Assembly: GCA_964016885.1 (NCBI GenBank)
Contig: OZ024742.1
Span: 88,226,001 to 88,290,000, forward strand
DNA from: Eledone cirrhosa
Taxonomy: Eukaryota
DNA: 64,000 nt
Direction: 5' to 3'
In this document: one piece after another, positions 54,410 through 64,000 of the stretch
Layout of the letters: every line of letters begins with the position of its first letter
Position numbering within the stretch: position 1 is the stretch's first letter
Notes under the pieces: model-generated
What the model was told of the DNA's origin: nothing
Databases searched by the model: none
Seen by the model: only the letters and a program-made list of their open reading frames with translations
Made by a program: the position numbers and the translations under genes

Positions 54410-54420
54410 TAATAATAATA

Positions 54421-55182
54421 ACAATGTTGAAAAGGCTACAGAAGGAATGCTAATGGCTGCGCAAGAGCAGTCCCTGAAACACGAAGTGGGTGAAACACCA
54501 TATTGACATGGAGGAGGCTAGCCACTGTGTGGAGAGAGAGAGGAGACTGTGAGAGAGGAGACTGTGGCTCACATTGTATCCGAGTGTAAACACATAGTCC
54601 AGACTCACTATAAAGCTGGAGACATGATGTGATGGGCAGGGTGATCCACTGGCACCTATGCAAAGTAAACAATTTACCACATTCTGAGAAGTCGTATGAG
54701 CATAAGCCAGAGTCGGTGAAAGAAAACGATCAGGTGAAGGTGCTGTGGGATTTTAGTATACAGACGGACAAGAAACTGGAACACAATAGACCTGACCTGG
54801 TGGTTTTGGACAAGGAAAAAAGATCGTGCCTGCTTGTAGTTGTAGCCTGCCCATTCGACACGAGAGTGCAAGAGAAGGAGAGGGAGGAAATTAACCGATA
54901 CCAGGACTTAAATTGAGAGGTAAAAAGGATTTGGAACTGCCATGGAGTCAAAGTGGTCCCGATGGTCATAGGCGCAATAGGTACTATCTCAAAGAGTTTC
55001 CAAGGATGGTTAAAGAAACTTAGTCCAGCACCGCTTTTTGGAAGACTTCAAAAGGCATCCTTGCTGGGAACGGCAAGAACCCTCCGATACGTCATGAATA
55101 TATGAGACTGCAGGTATTGGCTTGATATTCATTTCAACAAATTTTCCAGTTAACTAACATCAAAGACTGAGACTCAAAGAAC
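54421..55182 (+). mobile_element. R4/Dong-clade LINE 3' fragment (second subfamily)
   Basis: AAQEQSL, RHD, LWDFSIQTD..NRPDLVV, KV.P.VIGA.G. Ends in (TAA)n. Confidence 0.85.
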
Positions 55183-55245
<63 letters not shown>

Positions 55246-55246
<1 letters not shown>

Positions 55247-55370
55247 TTTTCTTTATTAACCACAAGGGTTTACATAAAGTAGACATTAAGGACAGTACAG
55301 GACAATACAGGACGGTATAAATGGGCATTTCTGCGTGTAAAACAGAGGATGAAATAAAATAACAAAGAAA

Positions 55371-55371
<1 letters not shown>
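55246..55371 (-). mobile_element. Tx1-clade LINE copy 4, 3' UTR only
   Basis: Same 3' UTR as the other copies. (AAT)n on both sides. Confidence 0.88.
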
Positions 55372-55401
<30 letters not shown>

Positions 55402-55413
55402 TATATATATATA

Positions 55414-56479
55414 TAAACGGAAACGAAATTTCATTTCCCACTCTTAGTACGGCTATTAGTTAAATATAAGTATCTACACGTACATACATATATGTATACA
55501 AACGTACAGTAGTATGTATATATATATACATACATGCACACACATATATATATGTACGTATGGATCCACCGAACATTTATTATAATGCTCAGTGTATTTG
55601 TAAACAAACATCCCGTATTAAGCCGTAGTGTCTAGCAACCATCGTTGCTCGTTTGTTCAACACTGACAAAGGAACGCTGTACTAGTTTCAAGCTTATTCG
55701 CTATCGTCAGCAACGTACACTTTCCTGCCACTTTCCTTATGCATATTAACGGCTGAGTAGCCCAATTTGCATATCGAGTGGGTTAATCGGCCGGGTGCAC
55801 CGAAAACGATAAATGGAAAAAAAATGAAACGAAATTTCATTTCCAATTCTTAGTACGGCTGTTACTTAAATATAAGTATGTACACGTACATACATATATG
55901 TATACAGACGTACAGTCGTATGTATATATATATACATACATACACACATATATATATATATATGTATGTATGGATTCACCGAACATTTATTATAATGCTC
56001 AGTCTGTTTGTAAACAAACAGCCCGTATTATGCCGTAGTGTCTAGAAACCATCGTTGCTCGTTTGTTCAACACTGACAAAGGAACGCTGTACTCGTTTCA
56101 AGCTTATTAGCTATCGTCAGCAACGTACACCTTCCTGCCAGATTGTTGAACGTATATACTTACCTTGTGCATATTAACGGCTGAGTAGCCCAATTTGCAT
56201 AACGAGTGGGTTAATCGGCCGGGTGCACCAAAAACGATAAACGTTGTTGACGATAGCTAATAAGCTTGAAACTAGTACGGCGTTCCTTTGTCAGTGTTGA
56301 ACAAACGAGCAACGATGGTTGCTATACACTACGGCTTAATACGGGATGTTTGTTTACAAACACACTGAGCATTATAATAAATGTTCGGTGAATCCATACG
56401 TACATATATCCATGTGTGCATGTATGTATATATATATACATACTACTGTACGTCTGTATACATATATGTATGTACGTGT

Positions 56480-56485
<6 letters not shown>
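55414..56485. mobile_element. HHR tandem array D (410-430 bp unit, related to C), fold-back junction at about 56240
   Basis: HHRs at - 55674-55716, - 56084-56126 and + 56241-56283 (ACGTTG-CTGACGA..GAA-ACTAGT-A-CAGCGT; the + copy has C3U). (TA)n flanks. Confidence 0.88.
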
Positions 56486-56559
<74 letters not shown>

Positions 56560-57739
56560 ACAAAGAGACAGGTGGTGAGAGGAAGACACGGGCATGAATG
56601 AATAAAAAGAGAAAGTGTTCCTTAATATTCATATTTTTTATAGCTCTGGTCGCTCTGGTAGGATTTTTAGAAAACGCGATCACGTGCGGTGCGCTACTTT
56701 TTTTCGGGTTTGTGAGCCCTGAATTCACGTTAAAAAAGACTCAAACGTACTGATTAAAATGTTGAGATCCATAATTCACATTTCACGACCTCAAGCCTTC
56801 CCTTCCTTTATGATAAGCTCGATCAACTTTGTGAGACAAGATTGTTTCAATATTTCTTTGCAATTGCACGGCTACCTGTAACTATTAAATGAAAATTGAC
56901 AGACGGCCGAGGAATATATTCATTAAGAGTTAACCTGTATATGTGTGAATGTACACGTACATGTGGATGTTGGTTGGCGGATAAATTTAACGTGATTCGC
57001 TTTGTTGCATTTCTTTAGCTCAAATTCACCATACTAGAAAACTCTTTAACAAGATTTTTGAAGGCAAATGATTAGAAACAATTGCACACTTTCAGCAGTT
57101 CGATTGACAAGCAATTTGCTAGTGATTTAAGGCAGTTTCTAAATGCAATACTGAGAATAAAAAGAAATTGAATTCGTTAACAGTCAGACATTACACCATT
57201 GCCTAACAGTCTGTCAAACTACATGTTTGTATAAGTAATTGTTTGCCCTGTCTGTAATATTATTTTGTGTCTGCTCTTTCGTCACTGGCCATGGGGTTTA
57301 ATACGAATTAATCTTTGAGAAACTAACCAAACATCATTCGAAAGATATACAAATTATTACGCACAATAGTGACCTCACAGGTTAAGTATTAGGTGTACCA
57401 CCATGTACCATATTGTTTTATATGTAACTGGTAACCATTATTGTGCGTTAATCTAATTATCCACTATTATCTGAATCCTATCCAACTCGCCATTTCACCT
57501 TACAGAAGAGTTAATATTGCAACGCGTTTCAACTGCAAGGTAAATCCTTTTCTGTGTTAAACTTCTGATATAACTGTTTGTACTGTCGGTACAAATCCAG
57601 CAGTTTAAATGAAATAGCACACTATGCGTTACTGCTACTTTACTTAATCAACCCCGCAAGGATGCAAGGCAAATATCGTGAGAGATTTCAGTTTTAGTTT
57701 CATAAATTTTGAGAAAAACGGAATGGTTGTGTATGCATT

Positions 57740-57829
<90 letters not shown>

Positions 57830-57834
<5 letters not shown>

Positions 57835-58943
57835 CAAAATATTAACAAATGAAAAATATTCTCATAATCAAAACATACTTTATTATATATATTTCAAAGG
57901 TACTGTGTTGTTTTTTCAGTACGTCCTCATTAAACAAAATATATTATTTGATATATGACATACCGCTAGGGTCTTGATTATTCAATTCCAGTATTGGCAT
58001 TGATTTTATTTCATCAAATCTCAACGTTTATATACCACAAATAATATGATAAACTTAAAGAAGAAAAGGATGTAGAGCAAATTAGAGATATAAGAGAGGG
58101 TGTAATGAAGAGGAAAGGCAAGAAGAAAAAAATAAATACATACATAAATAGATAAATGAATAACAAATAAATAAATGAATCAATGAATAAAAGAAATATA
58201 TAAAAAAAGAAAAGAGGAATAGCGACAAAAGCGAGAGAAGTTATAGGGAAAGTAAAAGGAACGAATGGAGGGGGGGGTAAAGAAAAATAAGGGAACATCA
58301 AATAGAGGGGGATAGTGAAAAAAACCGTTGTTTTCAATTGTTAGATCAAATAGGACATCTAATCAATTCACATAAACAATTGAATATCTCTTGCATTTGA
58401 TTATCCTTTAGCTAATTATACTTAGATATTATAAAAAAATTAATCTGTATAGATTAATTTATATAGCAATCACATATTTAGTTTAATTAAGAATTTATAT
58501 AATTTTATTTAACTCATTATAGATTATTATTTTTAATTTTAAGGTAAGATATTCTATAAATATTTTGTTACAAACTTTAAAAGTTTAAAACTACACTATT
58601 GAGTGCTTCTAAGCTATTGTAAAATTGTATTCATTGAATAATCACCGAACCATACTAATCTTTGGTCATATATATATATATATATTTAACCAAATGTTAA
58701 ACAAGGTTCATTGATTAAAGCCTCAACAGTGAAGTTTTCTGGACATATTAATATTATTCAAAATATTAATAAATGCAAAGGCTGGAATTGAACCACCAGC
58801 ACAGTTGAGGTATGTCATACTTCAATTTATGTATTTTATCTGATGAGGAGGTACTGAAAAAACAGCACAGAACCTCCGAAATATATATAATAAAACATAT
58901 ATTTTGATTATGTGAATGTATCCATTTATTAATATTTTGAATA

Positions 58944-58945
<2 letters not shown>
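57830..58945. mobile_element. Non-coding PLE terminal remnant with inverted HHR-bearing ends
   Basis: 57830-57965 is a diverged inverted copy of about 58808-58945. Related to 30280-30415. Confidence 0.65.
58828..58899 (+). ncRNA. Hammerhead ribozyme
   Basis: TTTTAT-CTGATGA-GGAGGTACTG..CAGAACCTCC-GAA-ATATATAT-A-ATAAAA. Confidence 0.78.
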
Positions 58946-58980
<35 letters not shown>

Positions 58981-59005
58981 TAATAATAATAATAATAATA
59001 ATAAT

Positions 59006-61978
59006 GATTTCTTTATTAACCACAAGGGTCTACATAAAGTAGACATTAAGGACAGTACAGGACAATACAGGATGGTATAAATGGGCATTTCTGCCTGTAA
59101 AAAACAAAAACAGAGTATGTATAAAAAAAATAATAATGAAAAATTCCCCAATACGGGGGATACTTCCGAGGGACATTCGTGGAGAAAGCCCATTAACATT
59201 CCACAGTGACGCCCTTTAATTTACAGACCCATATTCAGAGTACTCGGGCCATTCTTGCCTCTCTCACCCATCTTTCAACAAAATGCTGGGAAGAGAGCAC
59301 TTCCCTCTCTACCCTGATTTTCCTTTTCAAATGAAATTTGAAAAAGTTAATCAGGGCATCACCGAAGAGGTAAGTGCTCGTCTTCAGCCCTTTCAAACAT
59401 GTCCACCATACTATCTCTTTCGTCATGGCCACCAGACAGATAAAAACTGCCTGCCCTTCCCGGCTAAATGAAGAGGGCGGGGCAATCCTCACGATGGACT
59501 CAGCTGATAGCTGGATCCGTCCTACACGTGACAGCAGGTGTTCGACATAAACCCGTAAGTCAGCAATGCTCGGACACTGGACGAGTACGTGAAGGCCGGT
59601 TTCGTCGCCCTGCGCGCATCTCGGACATGCCCCGCTGACGGCACCTCTATGCCTGTAGAGTTTATCCCGAACTGGCAAAGCTCCTCGGTAGCACTGCCAG
59701 ACCAGGGATTTCTGGAAGTTGACCCTAGGCCCCGGCCCGAAAGTTCTTCCGAAGAGATTGGCTAGTTGATTTTCGTCGACGCCTAGAGTTTCCCCAAGTA
59801 CGTCGTCGCTCTTCCCCTCCACTAATCATCTATAGAACGCCAAGGTGGAGTTTCCACCGATCACATTACCCGATTGGTCGAGGGCTGTGAGCGCCTGGAG
59901 ACATTCCTGTCTCCAAACTCTCCCTCTCCGTCTTCTCTTGACCCGGGACTGCAGCTCCGTCAAGGAGCAAACGGCGACAACACCTGATCACCGTCGAGGA
60001 AGAGGTGGAGATGCCGTAGCCTGAACGCGTGTCTGCGCATCGTCAGCCACGGCATGCCCAACCCTCCATGTAGCGGGTGTTGACAGCAGATGAACCGCCC
60101 GACCATCGGAGCGCGTCCCTTCCACAAAAAGCGAAAGAGCAAACGGTCCAGCGCAGTCAGGCGGGGCTTAGGACAAGGTACGACGGTCAGGTGGTAGTAG
60201 ATGACGGACGCGTTGTACACGTTAACTACCTCCGCTCGACCTTTCAGTGATAGCTTCCTCTCCGCCCATTTCTGGGTGAGAGAAGTCACCCTGCTCGTCA
60301 CCTCGTCCCAGTTTTTGTCCGTTTGGAGGTCCGGACCGAACCAGACCCCTAGCAATTTAACCGGCCCGTCCGTCCAGCACCCGACGACGCTGTTGGACGG
60401 TATGTACCTGCCTCTCCAGGTGCCGAGCTGTAGGCCCACTGACATTTCCTGGTTGATCATTGTTCCTGTCACCGCTTCGTATTCTCTTAGTGTAGTGCCG
60501 ATCGCCTCGATGTGTTTGGCTTTCGACACCACTACGGTGACATCGTCCGCATATGCTGACACGGATCTTTTGCATCCTAGTTCGCGCGGGACCCCCCTCA
60601 ACGTTTCCAATTTGTGCACTAATGGCTCGAGAGTCAATACGTACAAGAGGGACGAGAGGGGACATTCTTGGCGGACCGAGCGCATGATGTTGAACGGTTC
60701 CGAAAGGTGACAGTTCACTCTCATGACAGAGCACATGTCGCTGTGCATGGCATCGATCCAACCTCTGAAGACGGGCCCAAAGCCAGCCGCCCTCAGGACT
60801 GCCGCTAGGTAACGATGGTCGACCATATCGAAAGCTTTCGACTGATCAATTTAGATCAACTTCTTTGCTAGCAACTTGGCCAAAATCTTGAACTCTGCTA
60901 TTTCGATTATCTTGGTGTTGTCTTCGATGCCGGCGAGGACGGCAGCTATTAGCCAGGGAATTTCGATGGCCGGTGGAACGTGGGTCACCCTGGTCTTTAC
61001 GAGTGTCTGGCCACAATAGCTTGGGACGAGTGTGAAGTCGTCACTTCTTAATGGGGCCATGGAGTGTTCTCTAGCCTCACCTGGTGTTTCAAAGAACACG
61101 TCCACGTTTCCATACTTCTGCCCATGTCTGATGTGGGTTTTTCTTGCCCACAGATGTCCCAAAGCTTTTTTTGGATTTGGGACTCGTATGCCCGTTTACA
61201 TTAATTGTTCGATAAGACACGGTGCATAGGCGCCGATGCTCCATTTGATTAGGTGTGTGTGGGGGGAGGGGAGAGGGGGGAGTTGGGAGGGGGAGGGGGC
61301 TGACCCCGTACCCATCTTTCTTTACCATTTTTTTGGCATCTTCTAATTCCTCCTGAGTTACCTGAAATGCATCGCACTCTTTTGCTACTCTGGTAAAACT
61401 CAGGGTGGTTTTCTTAATGTCATTGTTGCTGTTGTTGTTATCGTTATTTTTGTTATTATTAATTTTAGTTTCAGTTGTGGTGGTGGTGGCGTCAGTGGTG
61501 TTCGGTGTGGAAGAGTTCATTTTGGTTGAATTCATTTCGACATCACGAGTTAATTTATTTTTTCTTTTGTTTCTGTTATCGCGGTGGTGGTGGTGGTGGG
61601 TTGTCGCGGGGGTGGTGGTGGTGGCGGCTTTAACACCTGCAGTCATTGGTAATGGCGGGAAATGAATGTCTGCCTGAGACAAATTTAAAATATTGCTACT
61701 GCTTATATTTTTAGTGTTGGCAAACGTAGTAATATTTACAGCTGCTTGGTGCAGAGGTGTATCAGCCTTGATTTTTTCAAAAAAATGTTTGATAATCATA
61801 AAAGTTTAAATTTTGGGCACAATGCCCCTATCTTTTTGGGTGTTTTTTTCGGAAAACAATGTATCTGCGCTTATATACAGTTAACAATAAAAATTTTACA
61901 TAAATGGCAATTTTTAACAAACGGAAACAACAAACCTTTGCGGAGCTCAAGATAATACGATTTACTACGTAGATCACC
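59006..61978 (-). mobile_element. Tx1-clade LINE copy 5, both ends present, internally deleted (ORF1 fused to RT)
   Basis: ORF1 61799-60899 joins AEFKILAK and then DQSKAFD. The 5' end GGTGATC abuts (ATT)n. Confidence 0.9.
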
Positions 61979-62005
61979 AATAATAATAATAATTATAATA
62001 ATAAT

Positions 62006-64000
62006 GATTTCTTTATTAACCACAAAGGTATACACAAAGTAGACATTAAGGTAGTACAGGACAATATAGGACGGTACAAATGGGCATTTCTGCGTGTAAA
62101 GAAAATCAAGAAACAGAGGATGTAATAATAGAACAATGAAATAATTCCCCAATAGGGGGAAGACTTCCGAGGGTCATTCGTGGAGAAAGCCCATTAAAAA
62201 GACACAGTGACCCTGACCACCAGGGCAAGTGCCCTGTCTCAGTTTTCCACCTTTAATTTACACACACATACTCAGAGTAGGCCCATTCACTCGGGCCATT
62301 CTTGCCTCTCTCACCCATCTTTCAACAAAATGCTGAGAAGAGAGCACCTCCCTCTCTACCGTGATTTTCCTTTTCAAATGAAATTTGAAAAAGTTAATCA
62401 GGGCATCACCAAAGAGGTAAGTGCTCGTCTTCAGCCCTTTCCTACGTGACCAACTTACTATATCTTTCGCCATGGCCACCAGACAGATAAAAACTTCCTG
62501 CCCTTCCCGGCTAAAGGAAGAGGGCGGGGAAATCCTCAAAATGGACCCAGCTGTTAGCTGGATCCGTCCTACAGTAGGTGTTCGACATAAACGCACAATT
62601 TAGCAAAGCTCGGACACTGGACTAGTGCGTGCAGGACGGTTTTGTCGCCATGCGCGCATCTCGGACATGCCCGGCTGACGGCACCTCCATGCCTGCAGAG
62701 TTTATCCCGAACTGGCATAGCTCCTCGGTAGCACTGCCAGGCCAGAGATTTCTGGAAGTTGTATTTAGGCCCCGGCCCGAAAGTTCTCCGTAGAGATTGG
62801 CTAGTTGATTTTCATCGACGCCTAGAGTTTCCCCAAGTACGTCGTCGCTCTTCCCCTCCACTAATCCTCTATAGAATGCCAAGGTGGAGTGTCCACCGAT
62901 CACATTGCCCGATTGGTCGAGGGCTGTGAGCGCCTGAAGACATTGCAGTCTCCAAGCGCTCCCTCTCGGTCTTCGCTTGACGCAGGACTGCAGCTCCGTC
63001 AAGGAGACGAGCTGGGGAAAGACGCGTCTACCAAACTGCGACCACACCTGATCACCGTCGAGGAAGAGGTGGAAATGTTGTAGCCTGAGTGCGTATCTGC
63101 GCATCATCAGCCACGGCATTCCCAGCCCTCCACGTAGCGGGTGTTTACAGCAGATGGACAACCTGACCTTTGTAGCGCGTCACCCCCACAAAAAGCGAAA
63201 GAGCAAACGCTCCACCGCAGTCAGGCGGGGCTTAGGACAAGGTACGACTGTCAGGCGGTAGTAGATAACGGACGCGATATACGCGTTAGCCACCTCCGCT
63301 CGATCTTTCAGGGATAGCTTCCTCTCCGCCCATTTCTGGGTTGAGAGAAGCCACCCTGCTCGTCACTCGTCCCAGTTTTTGTCTGTCTGGAGGTCGGGAC
63401 CGAACAAGACCCCTAGCAATTTAACCGGTCCGTCCGTCCAGCGCCCGACGACGCTGTTGGACGGCATGGACCTGCCTCTCCAGGTGCCGAGCTGCAGGCC
63501 CACTGACTTTTCCTGGTTGATCATTGCTCTTGTCACCACTTCGTATTCTCTTAGTCTAGTGCCGATCGCCTCGATGTGTTTGGCGTTCGAGACCACTACT
63601 GTGACATCGTCCGCATATGCTGACACGGATCTTCCGCATCCTAGTTCGCGCGGGAAACCCCTCATCTTCTCCAGTTTGTGCAGTAATGGCTCGAGAGTCA
63701 ATACGTACAAGTGGGACGAGAGGGGACATCCTTGTCGGACCGATCGCATGATGTTGAACGGTTCCGAAATGTGACCGTTCACTCACACCACAGAGCAGAT
63801 GTTGCTGTGCATGGCAGCGATCCATCCTCTGAAGAGCCCAAAGCCAGCGGCCCTCAGGACTGCCGCTAGGTAATGATGGTCGACGCTATCGAAAGCTTTC
63901 GACTGATCTAAATTGATCATGGACCCACCCGTGCCAGGTTCCCTAGTTACCCGCCCCACTATGTATCGCATAAGGTGGGGGTTGTCGTGGATTAATCTGT
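62006..64000 (-). mobile_element. Tx1-clade LINE copy 6 (continues beyond window)
   Basis: LDQSKAFD, VRQGCPLS, AYADD, and the same 3' UTR next to (AAT)n. Confidence 0.92.

Noticed and set aside
57505-57538. 34-nt plus-strand micro-exon (ttacag..gtaaat)
   Set aside because: Splice-like signals only, as expected by chance. No supporting exons.

Overview
Repeat-dominated, AT-rich eukaryotic DNA. It is probably a cephalopod (Octopus-like), inferred only from the SINE type and the microsatellite density. No intact host gene is visible apart from one candidate terminal exon. The window holds six minus-strand Tx1/L1-clade LINE copies and two plus-strand R4/Dong-type LINE copies, all nested in (AAT)n tracts. 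It also holds about ten Penelope-like element (PLE) remnants, most with fold-back arms, plus tRNA-derived Nin-domain SINEs, a probable non-autonomous Helitron, and RTE and mariner relics. The main unannotated signal is RNA structure: about 30 type-I hammerhead ribozyme (HHR) motifs, folded by eye. Eighteen lie in five non-coding tandem arrays with 318-540 bp units. These arrays share a divergent fold-back layout, sit mostly in (TA)n tracts, break at or near the ribozyme helix, and show compensatory stem and core covariation. Families A, C and D also carry a conserved octamer-containing upstream module. Together they look like a retrozyme-like, PLE-mobilised, self-cleaving RNA system. All coordinates were read by hand and may be off by a few bases.
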